A stretch of DNA of 63,169 nucleotides, filler included, from Choristocarpus tenellus KU-1152 (lineage: Eukaryota; Protista; Phaeophyceae): NCBI GenBank assembly GCA_964200185.2. It is 10 parts of 10 records of this genome, joined end to end, with 100 filler letters (N's around TTAATTAATTAA, not from the genome) between each part and the next. Parts side by side here need not be neighbours in the genome. Positions count along the whole stretch, not along the records: positions 1 to 7,826 come from CAXNAD020005527.1; positions 7,927 to 10,490 come from CAXNAD020026743.1; 8 more parts are not named here. One strand, given 5' to 3'. The position numbers were made by a program, and so were the translations under genes. Each line of letters opens with the position of its first letter. Positions within the stretch are counted from its first letter, which is position 1. Shown piece by piece: positions 1 through 10,590 of the stretch. The notes under the pieces are model-generated. The model ran no database searches. It was not told the origin of the DNA and worked only from the letters and a program-made list of their open reading frames with translations.

Positions 1-98
1 TGTTGGGTCCGATTTGAAATGGCAGTAAAAAAAAGAGTACTTTGACCGAAACGGACGCCCCCTCACAAGCCACCCCCCCCCCCCAGATACGTTGACCC
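1..98. mobile_element. Right end of MITE family C (terminus GGGTCAAAGTATCTGGGGGG), abutting or inserted in the mariner
   Basis: Ends ccccagatacgttgaccc at 98. Internal tttgaccgaaacggacgccccctc matches the copy at 31119-31287. Confidence 0.7.
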
Positions 99-1256
99 TA
101 CATAGTATCAACTCCGATAATCGGTCATCCATAGTGCGTCAGGTGACGACGAAGGTGGCCGCCAAGGGGCTGTGAATTATAGCACGAGCACCATAAACAG
201 ATGGTTGGATGATATGGGGGCCATGGCAAATCGCCGCTGGATCAAACCCAAGCTTAAATCGCGGCAAAAGGTATGGAGAATGAACTTCGTTTGCGATCAA
301 GTGGACCGAAAACGTGGTGTGTACGCCTACATGGCGAACACTATCCATGATGATGAAACCTGGTTTTATGTGATGGCTGATGGGGAAAGGTAAGGGTATT
401 TCCGCATGAGGGTGGTAACGACCTTCCAGGGTCCCCCACAGTGCAGCACAAGAGTCATATCCCCAAAACGATGGTCATTGCAGCCAACGCCCGCCCAGAT
501 TCGGCTCACAGCTTTTATGGAAAGTTTGGTGTTTGGCGCAAAAACGGCAGACAGGACAAGCAAGAACCATAAAAAGAGGGATGTGTATGAGTAGGACTAT
601 ACTTTAGACCATTTGTGGTACAGGAAGTGGCACAGGGAGGAGTTACTGCCTGGAATCAAGACCAAGATGGCTGGTTGCAGGGGAAGCACGTTGTCGTCCA
701 GCAAGACGGTGCCACCTCCTACACGGGCAAAGGAAACTCAGAAATCTTGTCAGGGGCAGGGAAGACTGAGGGGTAGTCGATGAGGCTTGTGACGCAGTCA
801 TCTAAGTCTCCCAATCTCAATATCATGGACCTGTGCTTCTTCAGGTCTTTGAAATGCAGGGTGATGGAGGAGTGGTTTGATTCCATTGAGGAGATGGTGA
901 AGGTCATTAACAAACAGTACGAGGAGTATGATGAAATCACAGTTGAGATGGGTTAGCAGCTCCTTTTAGTGGTGTACAATCAAGCTTAGATACAAAGGGA
1001 GGAATGGATTCAGTGCGGAGCACACAGGGGTAGGGAAGAGGCAGTTGTCTGGTGAGCTTGAAAACACGCCGAAGGTAGTCATGGAGACTTTTTCTGTGGC
1101 TGATAAAATTGTGATGGATGGGGAGTAATAATAATAAAAAGAGCTGACCCTAGCCAGAAATTCGTTAAGGATTCCAAATCTTCTTTCAGAAATGAATTTC
1201 ATCAACATTTTCAAACGTTATGGACAACGCGGCACAGACTTATGGCACGGAGGTAG
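99..1256 (+). mobile_element. Degenerate Tc1/mariner transposon, plant-type DD39D clade (D40D spacing here)
   Basis: Translations WIKPKL..., TIHDDETWFY, VQHKSHIPKTMV, QQDGATSY...TQSSKSPNLNIMDLCFFRSLK, with stops and frameshifts. Stowaway-like right end ...cacggaggtag followed by TA at 1257-1258. Confidence 0.9.
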
Positions 1257-2005
1257 TACGTACATATTCAGCTACGGTATGCCCCATTGACCTGAAAAAT
1301 GATTAAACCCAACCTATTAACATGATGCTAATAGTAGCATATGAAAATATTACCTTAATAAAATCTGGAATGAATATCATAATATCTGTATGACATTGCT
1401 AATTACTGCTCCAATTCAGTTCGCAATCCTTCGTTACCACGATTTTTGAAGTGGTAGTTTATGCGAAATTACGGACTGGGCAATGAAAACGAGAAGAAAT
1501 CAAGCAAAGGTGAGAAAACTTGACAAAACGTATTCATATTTTCGCAGGATAGGAGGTGAGATAAGTAATAGGATGTACGACAGGTCAATCCTTGAGGGTC
1601 TGATGGTTTTGAAGTATAGGGGAAGATGAATCGGTCTCACATCTCAGCCTCGTGTCTATCGTCATCGGGATTGAAATTGTATCATATTGTACAATTGGTT
1701 GTGTATTGTTATCAAAGATAAAATCGAAACATTGGGTATTTGGTCATCACAGGCATGGTCTCATGACATGCTTTTGCGATATGGACACTCTGCCAGATCC
1801 ACTCTGTCGAGTTTCCTTTCCCTCCACCACATAATTCCTACTTCAATGGGTTAGATTTGGAAAACAGGAACAAATTGATTACCTCTATCCTGTGTCCTAC
1901 AAAACATCCCGTTTGAATACTTGATTTGACAGCATTGAAGTGAATGTCCTAAAATGGAGACCCTTGCTCACAAGAACGTAGGCTCTTGCTTGCCGAGTCA
2001 GTCGT

Positions 2006-2264
2006 GAGTGAAAATATCTTAGAGGGTATGATTTTTTCCCTGCTTGTCTGTTTGGGGCTTGGCTTCCCACGGGATTTTTATTACATTTTACCTACTCCGA
2101 AATGTTTTGGAGTAGGTAAAATGTATAGGTTATGAAAAGGGTGTACCTAAAACAAGGGTATTGACACTTCCTAACAAACACGATAGCCAAAATTACATCA
2201 AAATCGCAACATTGGATTGTGGCACCCAAATGGACGCGGCTCTACTCTCTAGATACTTTGACTC
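2006..2264 (-). mobile_element. MITE family A copy 1
   Basis: TIRs gagtgaaaatatcttagagggta...tctctagatactttgactc, central hairpin, flanks tcgt / gtac (2-bp GT duplication). Confidence 0.9.
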
Positions 2265-3168
2265 GTACACAGGGAAGAAAGACATTGATGTTTGGGGAAC
2301 TTGTAGGTGGAAAGTGGTGGCAGGGTGGACAGGAGAAACACTGATCGGCGGTGGATGTGGCTGCAAAAATGGTACTGAGAAGTTTGGGATCACGGTGTGG
2401 TGCACCATGTGTGAGATTGGCATATCTGTGAGACACGTACAAATCATAAAAATAAACTGGCAACGATGTACCACCCAGGGGAATGATAACAACTACATAA
2501 TAAGTACAAAGTCAACAAGTGTAAAAATATCAAATCTAGGACTCCAATGTCATGATGGTGTTACGAAACCGCCATCAAGACATATATCCCCTGTAACATG
2601 ACCCCCTAGCATGAAGCATTAACTGCTTCGATACGATGAACAGGCGACTGGACAAGGACATATATTGCCACTCCCTTATCCTATCATGAATGTAGCAGAA
2701 ATTAAATGAATGTCACTTCCAGATCCTAACATATTTGTAGGCAGCGTTGGGGATCCAGCGGAGGAGGAAACCTGGAAACCCACTTCCAACGCTTGAGTCG
2801 ACAACAGATACGCTGGTGCAACACTCACGCGCCCGACGGCACTCACTCTGCATTCAACTCGATGTTCAAAAGAAAACCTCCTGCACCAGAGTTCCACACA
2901 CAAGTCAAACGTAGGGCACTGTCTAAAAAGGGATCCGCCCCTTCCAAGCTAATAAGCACAATTACAGACACAAAACCATACTAGCACTAAACTTGAATAC
3001 TGCCATAATGCCTCAAATCAGACAAAATGTCTAACAATCACATAAATTAAAGGGAATGTCATAACAACACTCTCCCCTTCACAATTATCAACACGAACAA
3101 ACACAAGAGACACAAGAATAATGCGGCAACACGCACACAGACAAAATGTCTATCAATAACACAGAAAT

Positions 3169-3427
3169 GATTGAAAGTATCTTAGAGGGTACGAGTTTTG
3201 CCCTGTTTGTCCATTTGGGGCTTGGCTTCCCACGAGGTTTTCAATGATATTTTCTTACTCCAAAATGTTTCGGAGCAGATAAAATGTATACCTTATGAAA
3301 AGGTGTGCCCAGAACAAGCATATTTACACTTCCTAACAAGCATGATACCCAAACTTATATCAAAATCGCAACATTGGGTTTTTACCCCCAAATGGACGCG
3401 ACTCTACCCTCTAAGGTACTTTGACTC
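3169..3427 (-). mobile_element. MITE family A copy 2
   Basis: TIRs gattgaaagtatcttagagggta...taccctctaaggtactttgactc, 3-bp TSD AAT. Confidence 0.9.
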
Positions 3428-3654
3428 AATAAGGAATGCCATGGTAAGACTGCTCACACTGGTTATAGAGTGCGAAAGAGCAGTGTTATGCTATTCGCCT
3501 GTAACATGCCCCCCAGCGCAAACTAGGTATATACATTTCACGCTTACCACTGGCGATTGTCATGTGTTAAGACACAATAGATATATCGTCGTCTATGACC
3601 TCAATCGTGCTGTAGCAGCATGTATTGGTTGCCATTATATGACAGAGGGACGTT

Positions 3655-3762
3655 CAGTTCCAAATTCGCCAGTTGTTCCAACATAGGAACTTCAGTTCCA
3701 AATGTGCGAGTTGTTTCCAACACAGGACACTCCAGTTCCAAATTAACCAGATGGTTCCAGCG
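3655..3762 (+). repeat. Three diverged 38-40 bp tandem units beginning CAGTTCCAAAT
   Basis: cagttccaaat at 3655, 3693 and 3733, each followed by an agttgttccaac-like motif. Confidence 0.7.
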
Positions 3763-3945
3763 TCGATGTATCTGGTGGGGGGGGGGTGGTTTGTGAATGG
3801 GTCCGTTTCGATCCGGACGAATTGCTCAAAAATCATAGCAATGTTATTATGGCTCAGGGAAGTTGCCGTTGGGTCCAAAGTATGGAGCCGGGGTGGTTAC
3901 CGCCGCTTGGTTTGGGTGTGTAAGAGAGGTCATCTGTTGTGGAAA

Positions 3946-4207
3946 GAGTCAAAGTATCTTAGAGGGTAGAGCCGCGTCCATTTGGGGTCAAAATCCAATG
4001 TTGCAATTTTGATGTCATTTTGGCTATAATGTTTGTCAGGAAATGTGAATATCCTACCTAGTTCCGGACAAACCTTTGCATAACATACACATTTTACCTA
4101 CTCCGAAATGTTTCGGAGTAGGTAAAATGAAAAAAAAAAAACGTGGGAAGCCTAGTCGCTAATGGACAAACAGGGCAAAACTCGTACCCCCTAAGATACT
4201 TTCACTC
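3946..4207 (+). mobile_element. MITE family A copy 3
   Basis: gagtcaaagtatcttagagggta...taagatactttcactc, perfect hairpin cattttacctactccgaaa-tg-tttcggagtaggtaaaatg, 3-bp TSD AAA. Confidence 0.93.
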
Positions 4208-4621
4208 AAATCTCGACTTGTGCTGAAGATGGTGGTATGGAATACGAGATGGCTTGTGCGTCAACGTAGTTTTGGTAAGGTTTCTGTCGATTGCTCTGTG
4301 GTTCGATCAACGCAAAAAGGGGAGGAAAAAGGATTGGGGCATGGCAGTAAAAGTATTAGAGGATAGTGGCAAAACGCACTAATCGAGATGAAATCTCGGT
4401 TGCCACCGGGCCAATAAAAACATGCGTACGAGGACACATAGTCTCGAACTCTTTAGGAAGATAATAAATTCAATATACCAAATGTGTAAGTCCGTTGATT
4501 TAGAGAACATCCGATCTCTCCATCATAACATGTCTGTCGAGGCATGTGTCGGATTGGCGAAGTAGAGGGTGACTCACGAGCAGGAATTGGCCTATGTTTC
4601 TCCTCAAAGCCGTGTCTCTCG

Positions 4622-5521
4622 TCAGTATGGTGGCAGTGTAGGACTTGTCCAGAACCAGCCCCGTGCAGGAGCGTCTTGGTCAATACTGTAGTGTTGGACA
4701 AGAAGCTGGATATTTCGCAAGTCGCCATTCTCCCATTTAACCTCGTAGGGGTAGTTGACTCGTTCCTCTCCAACTTTCACCGTGTAGTGGGGCTGGTACT
4801 TGGTCACGGTCCTTCACATCCACTGATCGTCCCATCGGAAGTATAGCTCCCTGCCCTTGGCTCTGGTATTGAGTATTTCTCCCTCATCTAAATCTGACAC
4901 TGCACTCAGTGTCGGTTCAAGGAATATATATTTCTCTGTATACTTCTCCATGTCCCTACGCTTTCGCTGACGGTCAACAATCGACCGACGGTGTTGTCTG
5001 ACACACAGGGCTGCAGCCTCGTCACTGTCCCTCTTGTTCTTCTCTCGAAGTTGGTTGACACCCTCCTCGATCTCGTCCTCTGTCATGTACGACCCCAGTT
5101 GAGGGGGCAAAGATTTTTCACCATCGTCTGGAAGGTAGGACACTGAGTAAATGTACGCCCCTGAACCATCTACATGAACATCGCTGACCTTCCCCTGTAC
5201 GATAGCCCCCCCACTCGCGCGTAGGTTGAAGCTGGTTCCTCGACCGAACCTGGCGTCGGATGTGTCCCCAAGTCTGAGGTGCCTTGAGAAGCGAGCAGGT
5301 ATCCCACCGAGGGATTGCCGGTTGGATTCCGAGGTGAACCTCTGGTATTGACCAGGCAGTGGGATCGTGAATGTGTTGTCCAGGTGGTTGTGGTCGATGC
5401 CTGTGAAGTCAGGGATGACGATAGCCTGTAGGGGCACGACGCGGGGACTCGGATGCGCGTCCTGCATCACCACAAATATGTTCGTTGCAGGGGCTGTGTT
5501 GGTGTGTAGGACTATTGGCAT
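4622..5521 (-). pseudogene. About 300-codon reading frame with one in-frame TGA; unknown protein with possible Tudor/SH3-like modules, probably TE-associated
   Basis: ORFs 4814..5521 and 4622..4807 are in the same frame, separated by a single stop. Composition is protein-like (YFRWDDQW...YEVKWENGD...GWFW). Confidence 0.45.
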
Positions 5522-6660
5522 GTGTTTGCACGTGATGACCTTGTTTGGTTGTATAGGGGTGTTGTTTGTTGATCTTTTTGAGAAACGAATAGTTTTATGT
5601 AGGATACAGGATACACTTAGGCAGCGAAATGAATTAATTTTGTACGCTTATTTGCCCTACGGAACTTGTAAAATATTATGTGAAAAGGTGTTGGTGGCGG
5701 TTGCAGATTAGGAGAAGAAAATGACGCTGGTTTAGATGTCAGGATTGGACGTTATGGGAAGGATTTATTTGGGTTAGAGGGGATATAAGGGGATATGTGA
5801 CATCTGTACATGGACAGCGTGGATTCAATCGTGTGGGGCATTGTTCTCTTAGAAGTAATAAGAAGCGTTTCTCACCTTGTCCGTCCGTGACATGTGAATA
5901 GTTGACACTCCATCAACAAAGCTAGCACTCAGCATCTCGAAATCTTCAGTGACAAAGACTACCTCATCTCCAGCACTGAGCACCCCTCTGTGGCTGGAGT
6001 GGTGCCTGGCGTTCCATTGAATTGTGTCATTGCGGTGGACAGTGAATGGCAAGAACTCTATACCATTGTACTCCGATGGCTACGTCCGCACAATGCATAT
6101 GTTCCCCTCGGCAAGCTGTCTCTTCTTTCTCGACCGCTGACTTCTAAGATACATATCACCCGTTCCCGCTTGGAAAATCCGAGGTCTATCTCCTTAAGCG
6201 GGGGCATGTGGGTTAGTTGCCACCTGCATTGGGCCAGGTTGCGATAGAACAGTTCGTGCAGTAGCACGACAGTTCGGTGTATATCAATGTACGGGAGTCT
6301 CCGATGGTGAGCCGACCAGTGAAGAACCTGTGCATGGACTTGGTTCCACCGAGGTTTGGGACATGTGGGTCGTGTTGTCCCGCACGGTCGATCTTGTAAG
6401 ACGGAAGGTGTCCTGTGTGCGGAATGTGCCGATGTATAGAAGTTTCGTAATACGCGCTACTGTGCTGTCTGCTGTCCCTGTCTGTCCAATCCTAAGGGTT
6501 GTGGTGATTATGCGTATTAGGGGGGAGGGGTGGTACGTGTTGGAGTCAGTGTCGGCACTGAGGCAGTGTTGTGACCGATTTGATGTGATGGCATTTTCTT
6601 TGGAGTGATATGTGCTACCTATTCCTGTAACAAGTGTTTGGTGTAATCACAGATGACAGC

Positions 6661-7527
6661 GTGTGATGAAACCCAAAACTTGGAGTTTTGTGTTAGTTTA
6701 CCGATTGGCAGACTTCTGAAAATAGAGGGCGATATGGTGGCAAGTGTGTACGGACTGTGTGTGGTCGATTAAGAAGTGCCTATGTGCGATTATCATGTGA
6801 TTCATGGTATCAGCATGAAGGGAAGGCGCGGATGTGACATAATGGGTCAACGAAATCTATTGCCTTTTTAGTGTATGGCTTAGCAAGGGGCGGGAGGGTG
6901 CAGACTGTCGCGAGTTGCAAACAGGGATCAATTATTGTGAATGCGGAAAATCATGCACGTGGTATCTATTCCTGCAGCAATCGATGGGTACATGGCCTAT
7001 GTGTGTACAAAATAGGACAATAGTGAAGTGAACCTTATTTTGCGTATATGATATTATTGTTCTGAGCTGAGTTTATGTGATGTAAATAATGAGATAGTAC
7101 AACATCCGGAATATATATATGGAATTTGTTTATTATTCATTCCCTTTTCGCTAGTTTGAAATAGGTAGCGAAACACAAATAATAATAAACAAACAATGAG
7201 AAGACACCCCACAAAGATCACTCTTCTAATTTCAACGATCCATTCTTTTCACGATCAGCGAAAGGGTCGTGTGAGACTTCACACCTTCTTATCTTTACTA
7301 CTGACAAATAGCATTACCTCCCAAGGTAATTTGCACAACGTGAAAGAAACAATTAACTCGGAGTTTTGGGTTAGTTTGCCGATTTGACATACTTATTCTA
7401 AATCGAGGGCGATGGTTGCAAGTGTGCACGGACGGTGTGCGGTCGATTAATAAATACATACGTGCGATTATCATGTGATTTGTGGTGTCGACGAGAAGGG
7501 AAGGCACGGATGTGACAAAATGGGTCA
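6661..7527 (+). repeat. Diverged tandem duplication (about 340-bp unit) interrupted by a solo LTR and a MITE
   Basis: 6679-6848 aligns with 7358-7527 (ggagttttg.gttagttt...gtgcgattatcatgtgatt...gatgtgaca.aatgggtca). Confidence 0.8.
7004..7337 (+). mobile_element. Solo LTR, Copia family (TGT.CAAAA...TTTGCACA)
   Basis: Homologous to 15390-15725 and to the LTR at 12617-12798. TG...CA ends, 5-bp TSD atgtg / acgtg (1 mismatch). Confidence 0.88.
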
Positions 7528-7826
7528 GAGTCAAAGTATCTTAGAGGGTAGAGCCGCGTCCATTTGGGGGCCAAAATCCAATGTTGTAATTTTGATGTAA
7601 TTTTGGCTTTCATGTTTCTTAGGAGATGTCAATATGAGTGGAAGTATCTTAGAGGGTGCGAATTTTGCCCTGTTGTTTTAAATCCAATGTTGTAATTTTG
7701 ATGTAATTTTGATGTAATTTTGGCTTTCATGTTTCTTAGGAGATGTCAATATGAGTGAAAGTATCTTAGAGGGTGCGAATTTTGCCCTGTTTGTCCATTT
7801 GGGACTCGGCTTCCCATGGGTTTTTA
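7528..7826. mobile_element. MITE family A copy 4 with a second, oppositely oriented family A end nested inside; partly duplicated at the contig end
   Basis: gagtcaaagtatc at 7528, and gagtg(g/a)aagtatcttagagggtgcg at about 7635 and 7753, each after the same ...gtcaatat. The duplication may be an assembly artefact. Confidence 0.75.
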
Positions 7827-7926
7827 NNNNNNNNNNNNNNNNNNNNNNNNNNNNNNNNNNNNNNNNNNNNTTAATTAATTAANNNNNNNNNNNNNNNNNN
7901 NNNNNNNNNNNNNNNNNNNNNNNNNN
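7827..7926. other. Artificial contig linker N44-TTAATTAATTAA-N44 (first of nine)
   Basis: Identical 100-bp spacers also at 10491, 31288, 39386, 43247, 46307, 53447, 57564 and 60178. The core has stop codons in all six frames. Confidence 0.98.
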
Positions 7927-10110
7927 CGGTGTTGTCACGCGTGCGGTCGCTGGTCGGCCGAAGCAGGTGAAGATCCACCCCACGCTCCCCGTCCTCGCCG
8001 ACGCGCTCCACTAGGATCTTGCCGACCAAGAGCGGCGCCTCCGTTTCCGGAAAAAAGGCAAGTCTGCCTTTCTGCACGGAAACGAGGTTTCCATGGTTCG
8101 CCGATGTCAAGGTAGCACGAGGCCAACCCCGTCGACGGGAGTCAGCTTCTTCCTAGTTGCTGTCCGATGAGGAAGAGTCTGTTTCGTCGAGCCCGCCGAG
8201 ATCATTGTCACCGCTGACGAAATTTTCTCCTCCACCCGAGCGTTCACCCTAGTCGGTGTCTTCGACGTCGCGGGTACCAGTTCCAGCGCCATCGTCATCG
8301 GTGGGAAGCCAATGGACAGGGAGGTCGAACTCTCGTTCCCCTGTCTTTCTGAGAAACCGCACAGACTCGCTTTGCTCATGTTTCGCTCTCTGAATGGCTT
8401 CATGGTTTGCGAAGGTGGAATCCATTAGCACGAGAACATCAACGGTATGGAAGCATGAATGTTACTTAGTAAGCAGGCGTGAGGTTTCACGAGTGCGCTC
8501 GGGGAGCATGCAGTGTGAGGGAGGGTGTATATTTCGTCGGATTCGTTCATGTTGAGTACAAGACCGGTACCCTCAAAACATTTATCGGGGTAATCTATTG
8601 TACTTTTTATTGTAACATGCAACGATCACTACGCAGGAGAATGGAAAATGTTTTGATATTCTTTTTGTAAAGGGGATAAAGGCTGCCTCTTACAGAAGTT
8701 GCACCAAATGTTTTTGGCTGCCACCGAATACAAAAATTAGCTATCAACTCCCCTCACGAAAAAATTGACTTGCCCAGTGGGTACGCAGCAGGGAGGAGCT
8801 CGTGCGACGCCTGGTACCGCTGCTCCACCTTGAGGATGATGTCTTCGGGAACACTCTTGAGCTGGTAGGGTGGTGCATCTTGGATACGAGGCGGGTGGCC
8901 GATGAAGAGGTCGTGCAGAGGGGCGTTGGGATCGATAGCAAGGTCTACGTCTATCCCACTCTATTCGGTGCTGTGCATGTATGGCTTAACGCTAACCTTA
9001 ACCCGCCCATCACCGCCTTTTTCAATGCGAAAGGCCCTGTAGCTCGTGATGTCCGAGACACGGTTGACGCAACCGCCAAGGAGTCCTTTGAAGTTGCCCT
9101 CGTTTTGTAGGGTCTTCCAGTAGACAGGAACCTCCGTGTAGGAGGCCTGCAGCTCTTCATCCAGCTGTGTTCTCGTGAATATGTTCTTGCCTTTGATACG
9201 ACGTGAGAACCTGAAGGTGAAATGCAAGCAAGTTAGTTTTGAGGCGGGGGCGAAAGAAACAAAGTGGAGAAGCAAGATATACATGCAGACACATGCTCCG
9301 ATGCATGTATATGGAAGTATAGATGTAAGAAGGGGTGATGCGTACATTTTTTTATTGTTTTGTTAGTATAGTAGGTTACGAAACAGTTTTGGCAGCTGTT
9401 CTTATCGTTCAATTTTTGGTGGGGAAATCAAAAGCCAATCAATCAATTACAGTGTATGACCATATACCATACATGAATGCAACAAGCGTGAGCCGCAAGC
9501 CTCAAGGTAGTATCTGTCCGTATGAAAACACTATGTGGCTATCGCACTTGCATATCTTGCCTAATTACTTGGAGAACATCTGATCAATTTTGATGTGCGT
9601 GTGCCCCACCATCATAAAATGTATCTCGACCACATGAATGACAATCGCCGCGACCAACAGCCCCGCATATCCGAGGAAGAAATTGTTCTTGTTCTCTGAG
9701 ACGCAGTTGTCGACCTGGACAGTTTGGGGAGTCGGGAGGGAGGGAGGGATAGGCGTGAGGCCGATATGTCAAACCATTTCGCCGCATTTCGTGGAGGAAC
9801 AGTGTATGTTTCCAGTACTGCTAGAGCGCAAGGTCTACATCACCGCCATCATACGTGCAACAAGCAACACACTAACCAAAACTAAAGACCATGCAGTTAG
9901 ATTTTTGGTGACCGATATTCAGCGAGTATGTGTTGAGTAGGTCGTGTGAAGATGAAACTTTCTTACCTGCCAATGAGCGTGCTGGATGATGTGACTCCCC
10001 GCGTGATCGAGGCTGTTGTGGTACTTGTCGATAAGCCTTGTGAGGGCAAGGTGGGTAGCTGTGCAGACAAGGTTACAACCTGCGCGAACGATGATGTCCG
10101 TCGTTAGTTG
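7927..10110 (-). mobile_element. Intron-containing DDD transposase pseudogene, Sola-like / DUF7869-type
   Basis: Exons ..9967 (GCNLVCTA...HAHWQ|gtaaga), 9714-9569 (VDNCVSENKNNFFLGYAGLLV...FMMVGHTHIKIDQMFS|gtaatt) and 9210.. (FSRRIKGKNIFTRTQL...ITSYRAFRI...VKPYM). Intron phases are compatible. In-frame TAG at 8961-8963. Acidic linker and a C-terminal segment (PLLVGKI...VDLHLLRP) at about 7930-8420. Confidence 0.82.
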
Positions 10111-10450
10111 GCAAATAGTACTCTGCTTACTTACGCCTTGTATATTTGGAGCTAAAAAAAGGGGTAATGGAATTTGTTTTAGCAATGTAGAGCACATACG
10201 CCCAAGTGGCTGATATACATGTGTGTGGGTTTCCCTCCTCCGTTGATTAACTCTTACGTTCCTCTCGCCATAACCCTAAGCTGATGCATAGGATGGCAGG
10301 GGAGCACAGCGCATCATCAGTTAATCGACTGTTCACTAAGGCTGCGGTATCTGTAGGCACATGGTGTAAGGATGTACTCGTCATCGGGTATCTAACCTAC
10401 GGCAGGTCCGCTCGCCACGACGGAAAACCAAGTGGTGCGTGTGCAACAAT

Positions 10451-10490
10451 GGCTCAACGTATCTGGGAGAGGGTGGCGGCTGTCCATTTG
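10451..10490. mobile_element. Left end of MITE family B at contig break
   Basis: ggctcaacgtatctgggagagggtggcggctgtccatttg matches 55797-55939 and 60109-60177. Confidence 0.8.
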
Positions 10491-10590
10491 NNNNNNNNNN
10501 NNNNNNNNNNNNNNNNNNNNNNNNNNNNNNNNNNTTAATTAATTAANNNNNNNNNNNNNNNNNNNNNNNNNNNNNNNNNNNNNNNNNNNN

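Noticed and set aside
2161-3686. ORFs containing WTRLYPLRYFDS / SKYLRG peptides as a gene family
   Set aside because: These are chance translations of MITE A termini, recurring wherever the MITE is inserted.
3655-3762. CRISPR-like repeat-spacer pattern
   Set aside because: Only three units, the intervening parts are similar to each other, no cas genes, and the context is eukaryotic.
4814-4816. Selenocysteine or read-through TGA
   Set aside because: No SECIS seen and neighbouring frames are also decayed; a CGA-to-TGA mutation is simpler.
7871-7882. Recurrent TTAATTAATTAA palindrome as a biological motif
   Set aside because: Always centred in an identical N-padded spacer; it is a six-frame stop linker.
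10451-10490. MITE B end as the TIR of the adjacent transposase element
   Set aside because: It is oriented outward into the gap, away from the transposase.
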